A stretch of 64,000 nucleotides of DNA from an uncultured Acidobacteriota bacterium. Its GTDB lineage: Bacteria; Acidobacteriota; Vicinamibacteria; Vicinamibacterales; SCN-69-37. The notes beneath the pieces are model-generated. The model saw only the letters and a program-made list of their open reading frames with translations, was not told where the DNA came from and made no database searches. Positions 1 through 11,173 of this stretch are shown here, piece by piece. Location of the stretch: positions 1,283,103 to 1,347,102 of the forward strand of contig CAVRVJ010000003.1 of the NCBI GenBank assembly GCA_963724645.1, given 5' to 3'. A program made the position numbers and the translations under genes. The stretch's first letter is position 1. Each line of letters begins with the position of its first letter.

Positions 1-1478
1 CTACGGGATCACGCTGCTGGCGATCGTGGCCGGCCGGCCCCAGGGTGCTGAGCCTGCTCCAGGTCATCGAGCACTTCATCGAGTTCCGCCGCGAGGTTGT
101 ACGGCGCCGGACGGAGTTCGAGCTGCGCAAGGCCGAGGCGCGGGCGCACATTCTGGAAGGCCTCAAGATCGCGCTCGATCATCTCGACGCGGTGATCAAG
201 CTCATCCGCGGGTCCAGGAATCCGCCAGAGGCGAAAACCGGCCTCGTCACGCAGTTCGGCTTGAGCGAGGTCCAGGCCCAGGCGATTCTCGACATGCAGC
301 TGCAGCGGCTCACCGGTCTCGAGCGCCAGAAGATTCTGGACGAGCTGGCCGAGCTGATGAAGACCATCGAGCGGCTGCGCGGCATCCTGTCGAGCGACGA
401 CCTGGTGATGGCGATCGTTGTCGACGAGCTCCGCGCCGCGCAGACGAAGTACAGCGACGACCGCCGGACCGAGATCATCGAGGAAAGCGGCGAGTTCCGG
501 GTCGAGGACCTGATCGCCGACGAAGACGTCGTCATCACGGCGACGAACACGGGTTACATCAAGCGCACGGCGCTCGACGCGTATCGGAAACAGCGGCGTG
601 GGGGCAAGGGCCTGATCGGCATGTCCACCCGCGAAGAGGACATCGTGCAGCACCTCTTCGTCGCCAACACGCACGCCTACATTCTCATTTTCTCGGACCG
701 GGGCCGGTGCTACTGGCTTCGCGTGTTCGACGTGCCGGAAGTGAGCCGCAGCAGCAAGGGCAAATCGATTGCAAACCTGGTGCACATGGCCGAAGGCGAG
801 AAGATCGCGGCGCCGCTGCGCGTACAGGCGTTCCCCGATGCGGAGGGCCAGCGCTTCATCGTGATGGGCACGCAAAAGGGCACCATCAAGAAGACGGATC
901 TGGCCCTGTTCTCGAATCCGCGTACCGCCGGCATCATCGCGTTGCAGGTCGATGACGACGATCGCCTCATTGCGGTGGCGGAAACGGACGGCTCGAAGGA
1001 TCTGGTCATCGGCACGCGCAACGGCATGGCGATTCGCTTCGGGGAAGAGGACGCGCGGCCGATGGGCCGAAGCGCCTACGGCGTCCGCGGCATCCAACTG
1101 CGCGATGGCGACGAGGTCGTCGCCATGAAGGTGGTCAGCGAAGGCGCTACGATTCTCACGGTGTGCGAGCGCGGCTACGGCAAGCGAACCGAACTGGACG
1201 AATACCGCCGGCAGAGCCGCGGCGGCATCGGGCTGAAGAACGTGCAGACGAGCGATCGGAACGGTCCGGTGGTGGGCATCGCCTGCGTCGCGGACCGGGA
1301 CGAGCTGCTGATCGTCACCGAGCAAGGGCAAATCATCCGGATGACGGCCGGCGATCTCCGGCCGATCGGACGCGACACGCAGGGCGTCAGGTTGATCGAT
1401 CTGGCTGAAGGCGATCGCGTCGTGTCGATTGCCGCTCTGACAGAACCGGAAGACGTGGAAGAGGCAGAGGTCGAGTAG
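1..1478 (+). CDS. gyrA: DNA gyrase subunit A, C-terminal part (5' end lies outside the window); frame broken at the GGG run 43-45
   Basis: ORF 45..1478 is typical GyrA (LQRLTGLERQKI, QRRGGKG, repeated beta-pinwheel blades). Upstream residues YGITLLAIVAGRPQ continue in frame 2, so removing one G at 43-45 joins them as PQ-VLSLLQVIEHF. Confidence 0.95.
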   Translation, partial: TGSRCWRSWPAGPRVLSLLQVIEHFIEFRREVVRRRTEFELRKAEARAHILEGLKIALDHLDAVIKLIRGSRNPPEAKTGLVTQFGLSEVQAQAILDMQLQRLTGLERQKILDELAELMKTIERLRGILSSDDLVMAIVVDELRAAQTKYSDDRRTEIIEESGEFRVEDLIADEDVVITATNTGYIKRTALDAYRKQRRGGKGLIGMSTREEDIVQHLFVANTHAYILIFSDRGRCYWLRVFDVPEVSRSSKGKSIANLVHMAEGEKIAAPLRVQAFPDAEGQRFIVMGTQKGTIKKTDLALFSNPRTAGIIALQVDDDDRLIAVAETDGSKDLVIGTRNGMAIRFGEEDARPMGRSAYGVRGIQLRDGDEVVAMKVVSEGATILTVCERGYGKRTELDEYRRQSRGGIGLKNVQTSDRNGPVVGIACVADRDELLIVTEQGQIIRMTAGDLRPIGRDTQGVRLIDLAEGDRVVSIAALTEPEDVEEAEVE

Positions 1479-1487
1479 GTCCGCTCC

Positions 1488-3755
1488 TTACGCGGGCTCC
1501 AGCCCGGCGAAACTCGCGAGAAGCTTCTTCGTCCCGACCGCCGCGAACCTGACGGTGACCTTGTAGTCATCGCCATGGTCTTCGATGGAAACGACCGTCC
1601 CGACCCCGAACTGGCGATGGCGCACGCGCATGCCGGCGCGCATGTTGGACGTCGATTGATCTTCGTGTTCGTACTGGAAACCGGTCGTCTGTGCGTCGCG
1701 CAGACGAGACGCGCCCTTTGGGCGCCCGCCGTAAGGATTCCGCAGCTCGTATGGCGCCCCGTTCCATCGGGGTGCTGCCACCGGCTCGACTCGCTGCATC
1801 AGCGCCGGGGGGATTTCATCGAGAAATCGCGACGGCTGTGTCGCCTGATAGTCGCCGAAAATCCGTCGCCGCGCGGCGCCGGTCAAAATCAGCCGCTCGC
1901 GGGCTCGCGTAAGGCAGACGTAACACAACCGGCGCTCTTCCTCGACTTCATCCTCGTCCTCCGCCGATCTGGAGTGCGGAAAGAGCCCTTCCTCCATTCC
2001 CGCGACGACGACGATCGGGAATTCCAGGCCTTTGGCGGCGTGCATCGACATCAGCCACACGCGGGCTTCCTTGGCGCCCTGGGCCTCATCCGCCTCCGAC
2101 AGGAGGGACAAGCGGTCGACAAAGCCCTCCAGAGCCGCGTCCGGCTCACGGGTCTCGTACTCGCGCGCGGCGGAGACGAGCTCCATCAGGTTTTCGATGC
2201 GGGCTTCGGACTCTTCGCTCTTGTCCTCGCGGAGATCGCGCAGATAGCCCGAGCGGTCGAGGATGAGCCCGAGCGCGGTCGAGACGTCCACGCCGGACAC
2301 GTCCGCCGTCAGGGACACGAGCAGATCGCGAAAGCCCTTCAGCGACACGAGCGCTCGGGGAGGCGCGAGCCGCTTCTCGAGGGCCACCAGCAGTCTCGCC
2401 CAGAGCGAGCGAGGCGACGCGACCTGCTGCAGGCCCGCAGTGAGCAGCGGCATCGACGCGTCCTCCTCGTCGAGGCTCACCGCGTCGATCACGTCCATGA
2501 CGCTCTTGCCGATCCCGCGCGCAGGCACGTTGACGACGCGCCGGAAGCTGACGTCGTCGTGCGGGTTCATCACGAGGCGCAGGTACGCCAGCGCGTCCTT
2601 GACCTCCTTGCGCTCGTAGAAACGGACGCCGCCGATGATCCGATAGGCCACGCCCTCGCGCATGAGCGCGTCCTCAATCGCGCGCGACTGCGCGTTCGTG
2701 CGATAAAGCACGGCCACCATCGCGTCCGCTTCGGTGCGCCTGGCTTCCCGGATCGCCCGTGTGATGAAATCCGCCTCCTCGATCTCGTCGCCGGCTCGAA
2801 CGTACAGAATCCGCTCGCCGCCACGGCGATCGGTCCACAACCGCTTCTCCTTGCGGTTGCGGTTGCGGCCGATCACCGCCGACGCGGCGTCAAGGATGAT
2901 CTGGGTCGAGCGGTAGTTCTGCTCCAACCGGACGACCTGGGTTTCCGGAAAATCCTGCTCGAAATCCAGAATGTTGCGCAGATCGGCGCCGCGCCACCGA
3001 TAGATCGACTGGTCGGGATCTCCCACCACGCACAGATTGCGGTGGTGCTCGGCCAGGCGCCGGATGAGCAGGTACTGCGGGCGGTTGGTGTCCTGATACT
3101 CGTCGACGAGGATGAACCGGAACTTCTGCGAGTAGAAATTTCGGGCCCGCTCGCTCGTTTCCATCAAGTCGACGGTCTTGAGCAGCAGATCGTCGAAGTC
3201 CAACGCGCCCGCGTCGGCCAGAACCCGCCGGTAGATTTCGTAGATCTTGGCGATCTGCTGATCGCGCAGGCTCCAGCCGGCCGCACGCATCTCGTCAGGC
3301 GACTCCATCTTGTTCTTCGCCTGACTGATCCGCGCCAGGGCGGCCCGGGCAGGGATGAGCTTGTCGTCCACGTCGAGCGATTTCATCGCCTGCTTGACCA
3401 CGGACAGTTGATCCGACGAGTCGTAGATCACGAAGTCGCGGGTCAGGCCGATCGCGGGCGCCTCGCGCCGAAGCAGACGGGCGCACAGTGAGTGAAACGT
3501 GGACAGCCAGACCTCGCGGCAGTCGGACCCGAGCAGTTGTTCGACCCGGCCGCGCATTTCCTCCGCGGCCTTGTTGGTGAACGTCACCGCAAGCACCTCG
3601 CCGGGCGCGGCATGTCCGCCGCCCACCAGGTACGCAATGCGATATGCGATGACACGCGTCTTGCCGGAGCCGGCGCCTGCCAGAATCAGCAACGGGCCGT
3701 TCACTTGAAGGACGGCGGCGCGCTGCTCAGGATTCAGGGAAGAAAGAAAATCCAT
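1488..3755 (-). CDS. uvrD: ATP-dependent DNA helicase, UvrD/PcrA family
   Basis: 755-aa ORF with Walker A AGAGSGKT, TFTNKAA, DEYQDTN, GDPDQSIY, YRSTQ and MSMHAAKGLEF helicase motifs. Convergent with gyrA. Confidence 0.95.
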   Translation of the reverse strand: MDFLSSLNPEQRAAVLQVNGPLLILAGAGSGKTRVIAYRIAYLVGGGHAAPGEVLAVTFTNKAAEEMRGRVEQLLGSDCREVWLSTFHSLCARLLRREAPAIGLTRDFVIYDSSDQLSVVKQAMKSLDVDDKLIPARAALARISQAKNKMESPDEMRAAGWSLRDQQIAKIYEIYRRVLADAGALDFDDLLLKTVDLMETSERARNFYSQKFRFILVDEYQDTNRPQYLLIRRLAEHHRNLCVVGDPDQSIYRWRGADLRNILDFEQDFPETQVVRLEQNYRSTQIILDAASAVIGRNRNRKEKRLWTDRRGGERILYVRAGDEIEEADFITRAIREARRTEADAMVAVLYRTNAQSRAIEDALMREGVAYRIIGGVRFYERKEVKDALAYLRLVMNPHDDVSFRRVVNVPARGIGKSVMDVIDAVSLDEEDASMPLLTAGLQQVASPRSLWARLLVALEKRLAPPRALVSLKGFRDLLVSLTADVSGVDVSTALGLILDRSGYLRDLREDKSEESEARIENLMELVSAAREYETREPDAALEGFVDRLSLLSEADEAQGAKEARVWLMSMHAAKGLEFPIVVVAGMEEGLFPHSRSAEDEDEVEEERRLCYVCLTRARERLILTGAARRRIFGDYQATQPSRFLDEIPPALMQRVEPVAAPRWNGAPYELRNPYGGRPKGASRLRDAQTTGFQYEHEDQSTSNMRAGMRVRHRQFGVGTVVSIEDHGDDYKVTVRFAAVGTKKLLASFAGLEPA

Positions 3756-4188
3756 GTGACAGGCCCAAGGCCCCAGGCCCAGGGCCCAAGCAAAGGACGA
3801 AGAGGACCCAAGAATAGCAGACGGTGACCGGCGAAAGCGCTCGCCACAACCCGTGCAGGAGACGGCCGACCTCGTTTGTCAGCTCGAGAAGCGCCTCGAA
3901 GCGGCTGACAGCAATGAAGGAGAGCCTCTTCGCAAGCTCGAGGTGCGTTTGCAGTTCTGCCTGAGAACCGAGCCCAATCGCCACGTGGAAACGATAGGCC
4001 GCCCGCGATCGACGACTGAAACCCTCCGCAATGTTTGCCGGAACGGACGCACTAGCGCGCTGAAACTGTCTGACGAGTCCAAAGCGCTCGTCACTCGGGA
4101 AGTGTCGAACTTCGCGATAGATCTGTTCGGCGAGGTCCATGGCCCTCTGCCAGACGATGAGTTCGTGAAAGGTTGCGATTCGTGCCAT
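3727..4188 (-). CDS. four-helix-bundle protein (23S rRNA intervening-sequence protein / Avd-like family)
   Basis: The first ~118 aa (LIVWQRAMDLAEQIY...IAEGFSRRS...AIGLGSQAELQTHLELA) match the family pattern. The ORF has no stop until 3727, so a 35-aa tail is translated from the repeat arm and overlaps the uvrD start by 29 nt. Confidence 0.8.
   Translation of the reverse strand: MARIATFHELIVWQRAMDLAEQIYREVRHFPSDERFGLVRQFQRASASVPANIAEGFSRRSRAAYRFHVAIGLGSQAELQTHLELAKRLSFIAVSRFEALLELTNEVGRLLHGLWRALSPVTVCYSWVLFVLCLGPGPGALGLSHGFSFFPES
3761..3791. repeat. heptamer-array repeat arm (GGCCCNN)x4, left arm of an inverted repeat
   Basis: Sequence is aGGCCCAAGGCCCCAGGCCCAGGGCCCAAGc. Its reverse complement matches the array at 4221-4270 over about 20 nt. 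Confidence 0.8.
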
Positions 4189-4220
4189 CGTCGTACCTCA
4201 CAGGCATTGCAGTTGTTCCA

Positions 4221-4270
4221 CCTGGGCCTGGGGCCTGGGGCCTTTGGCCCGAGGGCCCGGGTTGGGGCCT
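4221..4270. repeat. heptamer-array repeat arm (NNGGGCC)n, right arm of an inverted repeat
   Basis: Sequence is CTGGGCCTGGGGCCTGGGGCCTTTGGCCCGAGGGCCCGGGTTGGGGCC. It lies 33 nt upstream (minus-strand sense) of the four-helix-bundle start codon. Confidence 0.8.
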
Positions 4271-4327
4271 AAAGTCATTAGCAACCCTCATGCCGTGGGC
4301 CGCCTGATAAGATCGAGGGATTGAGCC

Positions 4328-5824
4328 ATGGCTGAGACGCTCTTCGAGAAAGTCTGGAACCTTCACGCCGTCCGGCGCCTGCCAAACGGGCAGACGCAGC
4401 TTTATATCGGCTTGCACCTGGTGCACGAGGTGACGAGCCCGCAGGCCTTTGACGAGTTGCACCAGCGCGGCTGGCACGTCCGCGCGCCGGAGCGAACGTT
4501 CGCGACCGTGGACCACATCGTGCCGACACAGGTGCAGGCGCGACCCTTCGCCGACCTCATGGCCGAGCAGATGACCTCGCGGCTCGAGAAGAGCTGCCGC
4601 GAGCACGGGATCACTCTCTTCGATTTGCAAAGTGGCGCCCAGGGCATCGTCCACGTGATCGGACCGGAGCTCGGACTGACACAACCCGGCATGACGATTG
4701 CCTGCGGCGACAGCCACACGTCCACGCATGGAGCATTCGGCGCCATCGCGTTTGGCATCGGCACGTCGCAGGTGCGGGACGTGCTCGCGTCGCAGTGCCT
4801 GGCGATCTCGCCGCTGAAGGTCCGCCGGATCAACGTGCGCGGGAAACTATCACCCGGCGTCTACGCGAAGGACGTGATTCTGGCGATTATCGGACGCCTC
4901 GGCGTCAACGGCGGCACCGGCTACGCCTACGAATACGCGGGCGACACCATCGACCGGATGTCGATGGACGAACGGATGACGATCTGCAACATGTCCATCG
5001 AGGGCGGGGCTCGCGTGGGCTACGTCAATCCTGACCAGACGACCTTCGACTATCTGCGTGGGCGACGGTTCGCGCCGGCAGGCGACGCGTTCGATCGCGC
5101 GTGTCAGTGGTGGATGTCGATGGCCTCCGACCCTGGCGCGGCGTTTGACGACGAGGTCGTCCTGAGGGCCGGGGAGATCGAGCCAACCGTCACCTGGGGG
5201 ATCAATCCCGGGCAGTCGGTCGGCATCAGCCAGCGGATTCCTGTTGCACGTGCGGCGGAAAGTGCCAGCACGGTCAGGACCGAAGTGCCGGACTTCAATA
5301 GTCTGCCTGACGCCGCGCACCCGCGGCGGGAAGGCGAACGAGCGTCCATCGCCGAGGCGATCGAGTTCATGGGATTCACGCCGGGCGCGCCTATCAAGGG
5401 CACGCGGATCGACGTCGCGTTCATCGGATCGTGCACCAACGCGCGGCTGTCTGACCTTCGGGAGGCCGCACGGATTGCCACGGGGCACCACGTCGCGAAG
5501 CACGTGCGGGCCCTGGTCGTGCCTGGCTCGCAGACGATCGCCAAGGCGGCCGAGCGTGAGGGCCTCGACCAGGTGTTCCGTGACGCCGGATTCGACTGGC
5601 GCGGCGCGGGTTGCTCGATGTGCCTGGCGATGAATCCCGACAAGCTCCAGGGCCGGGAGATTTGCGCGTCATCTTCCAACCGCAACTTCAAGGGCAGGCA
5701 GGGCAGCCCGACCGGACGGACGCTGCTCATGAGCCCCGCCATGGTCGCCGCCGCCGCGATCGCCGGCGAAGTCGTCGACGTCCGGCAGATGCTCAGCCCG
5801 CAGCCCGAGCTCGTGAACCAGTAG
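4328..5824 (+). CDS. leuC: 3-isopropylmalate dehydratase large subunit
   Basis: 498-aa aconitase-family ORF ([50 protein letters not shown]). It is followed by leuD. Confidence 0.97.
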   Translation: MAETLFEKVWNLHAVRRLPNGQTQLYIGLHLVHEVTSPQAFDELHQRGWHVRAPERTFATVDHIVPTQVQARPFADLMAEQMTSRLEKSCREHGITLFDLQSGAQGIVHVIGPELGLTQPGMTIACGDSHTSTHGAFGAIAFGIGTSQVRDVLASQCLAISPLKVRRINVRGKLSPGVYAKDVILAIIGRLGVNGGTGYAYEYAGDTIDRMSMDERMTICNMSIEGGARVGYVNPDQTTFDYLRGRRFAPAGDAFDRACQWWMSMASDPGAAFDDEVVLRAGEIEPTVTWGINPGQSVGISQRIPVARAAESASTVRTEVPDFNSLPDAAHPRREGERASIAEAIEFMGFTPGAPIKGTRIDVAFIGSCTNARLSDLREAARIATGHHVAKHVRALVVPGSQTIAKAAEREGLDQVFRDAGFDWRGAGCSMCLAMNPDKLQGREICASSSNRNFKGRQGSPTGRTLLMSPAMVAAAAIAGEVVDVRQMLSPQPELVNQ

Positions 5825-5837
5825 TGTAGAGGTACGA

Positions 5838-6447
5838 ATGCCCAGCGCGTCCCGCATCGAACGCATTGCCGGTCGAGCCGTTCCTGTCCGCGGGCAGGAC
5901 ATCGACACCGATCGGATTATTCCCGCGAGGTTCCTGAAGGCCGTCAGTTTCGATGGCCTGGAAGCACACGTGTTCGAAGACGATCGGCTGCAGCTTCAAC
6001 AGAGCGGCGTCGTGCACCCGTTCGATAATCCCTCGTACGCGGGAGCGACGATTCTTCTGGGCAGTGCGAACTTCGGTTGCGGATCGTCCAGGGAGCACGC
6101 GCCGCAAGCGCTCCGGCGATGGGGCATCCACGCGATCGTCGCCGAGTCGTTCGCGGAGATTTTTTTCGGCAACTCCATGAGCATCGGGCTACCGTGTCTC
6201 ACCGCCAGCCACTCCGACCTGGATCGCCTGATGGTGCTCGTCGAAGCGAATCCGGCGGAAACCTTCGAGGTCGACCTGAAGACCCGCCTCGTGACCGGTG
6301 GAGGCCTCAGCGTGCCGGTCATGCTCGCCGGAATCCGCGCGAGACGCCTTTCTTTCCGGCGATTGGGATGCCACCGGGTTGCTCATGGCCGATTACGGTG
6401 AAGTCGAGCGCACGGCGGCTCGATTGCCGTACGTCAGCGGCTTCTAG
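5838..6447 (+). CDS. leuD: 3-isopropylmalate dehydratase small subunit; frame breaks near 6327
   Basis: The listed ORF 5838..6401 ends in an Arg-rich junk tail. The +1 frame from ~6328 reads [39 protein letters not shown] with a stop at 6445-6447, a plausible LeuD C-terminus. Confidence 0.85.
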
Positions 6448-6536
6448 GGGGAACGCCGCCATCCCATAAGCCCTCCGACTGCAAAGCTAAGCATCATAAA
6501 CTTGACTTCTTGCCAGGACGGGCGAACACTCCGAAC

Positions 6537-7744
<1,208 letters not shown>

Positions 7745-7748
<4 letters not shown>

Positions 7749-8839
7749 AAGCCGAAATCGTTCTCCTGCCCGGTGATGGAATCGGGCCTGACGTCATCGC
7801 CGCGGCGGTCAAAGTTCTCGAAGAAATCGCGGATCAGTACGGGCACACCTGGACGTTCACGTCCAAGGTGTTTGGCGGTGCCGCGCTCCGGCAGAAGCTG
7901 CCGCCGCTGCCCGAGGAGACGCTCGCCGCCGCCCTCTCGGCCGACGCCGTGCTGCTCGGCGCCGCCGGCGATCCCGCCTTCGATCACCTGCCTCCAAGCC
8001 AGCGCCCTGAAGCCGGTCTCCTCGGCCTTCGACGGGAGCTTGGCGTGTTTGCGAATCTGCGGCCCGCCAGATCATGGCCGGGACTCGAGGAAGCCGGGCC
8101 GCTCAAGCCGAGCGTGCTCGCAGGCACGGACCTGGTCGTCGTGCGCGAACTCCTGGGCGGACTGTACTACGGGCAGCCGCGCGGACCGCTGTCCGACGCA
8201 GTCGTCAACACGATGAGCTACACGACGCCGGAGATCCAGCGCGTCGCGCACGTGGCGTTCGGCCTCGCGCGAAAGCGCCGGCGCCAGCTCGTCTCCGTGG
8301 ACAAAGCCAACGTCCTCGAAGTGTCGCAGTTGTGGCGGGCCGTCGTCACAGAGGTGGGCTCGTCCTATCCGGACGTCGCACTTTCTCATCAACTGGTGGA
8401 CTCGTGCGCGATGAAACTGGCGTTCGCCCCGGCGAGTTTCGATGTGCTGCTCACCGAGAATATGTTTGGCGACATTCTGTCGGATGAGGCTGGGGCGGTC
8501 TGTGGATCGCTGGGCCTGCTGCCCTCGGCCAGCCTGGGTCCTGGCCCGGGCCTGTTCGAGCCCGTGCACGGGTCCGCTCCGGATATCGCGGGTCAGGGCA
8601 AGGCGAACCCGGTAGGGGCGATTGCCTCGGCTGCCATGCTCCTCGGTGACGGGCTGGGTCTTCCGGATGAGGCGGCAGCGATCACGCGCGGGATCGAGCG
8701 GGCCCTCTCGGACGGGCTGCGGACTGCGGACATCATGCCGTCGGCCGGCGTCGCCGCGTCCGCGCGCGGAAGTGCGCGGCTCGTGAGCACGGCGGACTTC
8801 ACAAATGCGGTGATCGAGGGCCTGCGGAATTCAGCGTGA
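7745..8839 (+). CDS. leuB: 3-isopropylmalate dehydrogenase
   Basis: 364-aa ORF with a GTG start. Contains [38 protein letters not shown] and [15 protein letters not shown]. Confidence 0.95.
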
Positions 8840-8866
8840 ATGTCTCGCGGTCCCGGAACGTCTTCC

Positions 8867-10270
8867 TCAAGGCTTCCGCGCCGCTCGCCGCTTCGTCGCC
8901 CAGCCTTCCTTGTTCTCCTGCCGGCCACGCGCAATCGCCAGCGAATCTTCCGGCACGTCAGCCGTGATCGACGAACCCGCGGCGATATACGAGCCCTTCC
9001 CGATTCTCACCGGCGCGATGAGCTGCGAATCGCTGCCGACGAACACGCCATCGTCGATGACGGTTGGATGTTTTTTTTCGCCATCGTAGTTGCACGTGAT
9101 CGTGCCCGCCCCGATGTTCACGTCGGCGCCGATCGTCGCATCGCCGAGATAGGCCAGATGGTTGGCTTTCGAGTTTGGCCCGAGCCGCGTCTTCTTCAGC
9201 TCGACAAAGGTCCCGACGTGCGCACCCTTTCCGACGACCGATTCAGGACGAACATACGAGAACGGTCCCACGGACGCGCCGGCTTCGAGCGTTGAGCTCA
9301 CGATCACGCTGTAGTCGAGCACGGTGACGTCGTCACCCGCGATGGCGTTGGTCAGCCGCGCTCCCGTGTGTACATGACAGCGCCGGCCGATGACGGTCCG
9401 GCCCTCGAGCCGCACGCCTGCACCGATGATCGTGTCGGGACCGATCAATACCTCCTGATCGATCGAAGTCGTGGACGGATCTTCGAGCGTCACGCCCGAC
9501 AGCATGACCTCCCGGTTCCTTCGCTCGCGCCACACGACCGCCAGATCCGCCAGATCGACGCGGCTGTTGACACCCCGCAAGTCGGTGGCATCCGCGACGG
9601 CGACCGTCTCGAGGGGGCGCCCCTGCTGGCGGTAGCTCGCGATCAGATCCGTCAGGTAGTACTCCTTCTGGGCGTTCGCTGCCGGGAGCCGCCGCAGGGC
9701 GTCGAACAGCGGCTCGAGCTGGAATGCGTAGATGCCGCTGTTGATTTCCTTGAGCGCGCGCTCGTTCGGAGAGGCATCCCGCTCCTCGACGATCCGCACG
9801 AGCCCGCCGCTTCCGTCGCGGACGATTCGTCCGTAGCCAGAGGGGTCGTCGAGACTGGCGGTCAGGACCGTGGCCGCGGCGCCGGCGGCATGATGTGCGT
9901 CGAGCAGCCGGCGGAGTGTTGCGGTTTGAAGCAACGGAACGTCTGCATAGACCAGGAGCACCGTGCCCGCGCGGCCACGCAGCGCGTCTTCTGCTTGAAG
10001 CAACGCATGGCCGGTACCGAGTTGGGGCGACTGAACGACGAACTGGAGTCCGGGACGACCGGCAAGTGCGGCCTTGACCTCATCCGCGCCGTGGCCGACC
10101 ACCAGCACGGTAGAGGCGGCGGAGAGCGGCTCGATCGACTGGAGGACATGCTCGATAAGCGTCCGGCCTCCCAATGCGTGCAGCACCTTCGGACGCGCGG
10201 ACTTCATGCGCGTGCCTTTGCCCGCGGCCAGGACAACCACGTGGAGCGGCGACCCGCCGGCGAACGTCAT
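8867..10270 (-). CDS. glmU: bifunctional UDP-N-acetylglucosamine pyrophosphorylase / glucosamine-1-phosphate N-acetyltransferase
   Basis: 467-aa ORF with N-terminal LAAGKGTRMKS nucleotidyltransferase and a C-terminal left-handed beta-helix hexapeptide repeat (NYDGEKKHPTVIDDGVFVGSD). Confidence 0.95.
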   Translation of the reverse strand: MTFAGGSPLHVVVLAAGKGTRMKSARPKVLHALGGRTLIEHVLQSIEPLSAASTVLVVGHGADEVKAALAGRPGLQFVVQSPQLGTGHALLQAEDALRGRAGTVLLVYADVPLLQTATLRRLLDAHHAAGAAATVLTASLDDPSGYGRIVRDGSGGLVRIVEERDASPNERALKEINSGIYAFQLEPLFDALRRLPAANAQKEYYLTDLIASYRQQGRPLETVAVADATDLRGVNSRVDLADLAVVWRERRNREVMLSGVTLEDPSTTSIDQEVLIGPDTIIGAGVRLEGRTVIGRRCHVHTGARLTNAIAGDDVTVLDYSVIVSSTLEAGASVGPFSYVRPESVVGKGAHVGTFVELKKTRLGPNSKANHLAYLGDATIGADVNIGAGTITCNYDGEKKHPTVIDDGVFVGSDSQLIAPVRIGKGSYIAAGSSITADVPEDSLAIARGRQENKEGWATKRRAARKP

Positions 10271-10302
10271 GCTTGAAGTATAGGGGAGGGGGCTTCGCGG
10301 AG

Positions 10303-11007
10303 TCAGAGGCGATGGCCGCGGCGAGGCCTTCTTGGACTTGAGGGCGCGGAGGGCGGGTCTACCAGCGTCTGGAACGCGTCGGAGTTCCGAAGCCGCTCGA
10401 AATCCGCGTCGTGCCGGGCTTGCGCCCGTACCTCTGGAGTGATGGCTATCGCGCGGCCGAGGTACGACAGGGCGGCTTCGGCCTCCCCGCGACGGGCCTC
10501 GACCGCCGCCATCAGGTACAGGGCCAGATCATGACGGGCGTCTTCAGCGAGGACGCTCCGCACCAGGCGCTCAGCTTCGGCGTCCTGGTCGTTGTTGAGG
10601 GCAGCCGTGGCCGCCGTGACGCGCTCTTCCAGCGTGCGCGGGTTGGCCGGTTGACGGTTCAGTTCGCGCTCGGCGAGGTCGAGATACACGCGCGTGCGGT
10701 CGAGCAGCGCCCGCTCGGTCGGAAACTGCTTGAGCAGATTTCGAAACCGGTCAGCCGCTACGTCGTACCTCTTTCGCTGAAGGGCGTCCATCGCCTGCTG
10801 AAACAACGCCACGCCCTGGGCGTCCGGCGCCTGGATCGGGGGTATCGGCTTGGGCGCAGCCGGCGAGGATGAGGGTGTGGCGACCGACCGAGACAAGGGC
10901 TGACGATCTGGCCGAGGCCGTCGATCTGCCCGGCCGGCCTTGGGCCGCACGCGTTTCGCCATTTCGTCTGATATCTCTCTGCCGAGTGCCGGCGTGACGC
11001 GGAACAT
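10303..11007 (-). CDS. TPR-repeat protein with a basic/proline-rich N-terminus
   Basis: 234-aa ORF with helical TPR-like repeats (ALFQQAMDALQRKRYDVAADRFRNLL..., ALYLMAAVEARRGEAEAALSYLGRAI). Confidence 0.6.
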   Translation of the reverse strand: MFRVTPALGREISDEMAKRVRPKAGRADRRPRPDRQPLSRSVATPSSSPAAPKPIPPIQAPDAQGVALFQQAMDALQRKRYDVAADRFRNLLKQFPTERALLDRTRVYLDLAERELNRQPANPRTLEERVTAATAALNNDQDAEAERLVRSVLAEDARHDLALYLMAAVEARRGEAEAALSYLGRAIAITPEVRAQARHDADFERLRNSDAFQTLVDPPSAPSSPRRPRRGHRL

Positions 11008-11028
11008 AGCAAACGGTCAGAGTGCCGG

Positions 11029-11169
11029 TCAAGCCAGCGTATCAATCTGTCGCTTAACCAATAGTTTGTGCTTCTTGATCGCCTTCCTTGCCGCATGTTC
11101 AGGGATACGCTCAATTGACGCGACGAGCTTGACGATCTCATCAGGCGTGAATTCGGCATAATTGGTCAA
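11029..11169 (-). CDS. possible 46-aa small ORF (TTG start) in the low-GC patch downstream of rsmI
   Basis: Hand translation gives (M)TNYAEFTPDEIVKLVASIERIPEHAARKAIKKHKLLVKRQIDTLA. It starts 5 nt after the rsmI stop. It has no ATG and no family is recognised. Confidence 0.2.
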   Translation of the reverse strand: MTNYAEFTPDEIVKLVASIERIPEHAARKAIKKHKLLVKRQIDTLA

Positions 11170-11173
11170 ACGA

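Noticed and set aside
9-1331. Long ORFs antisense to clearly identified genes. Examples are 9-1331(-), 1575-3491(+), 6444-7721(-), 13260-14522(-), 34152-36140(-), 43565-44728(-), 44775-45920(-), 53678-55135(-) and 55629-56966(-).
   Set aside because: Their translations are Arg/Ala/Gly/Pro-rich with no motifs. Each lies opposite a gene with strong family signatures. Open antisense frames of this kind are expected in high-GC DNA.
3727-4188. Avd-like four-helix-bundle gene considered as a marker of a diversity-generating retroelement.
   Set aside because: No reverse transcriptase, template/variable repeat pair or target gene is visible nearby. The neighbours are uvrD and leuC.
3761-4270. Tandem short repeats considered as a possible CRISPR array. 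The same question was asked of the arrays at 13197-13289 and 14597-14664.
   Set aside because: The units are only 7-8 nt, directly abutting with no spacers, and arranged as inverted arms. No cas genes are present in the window.
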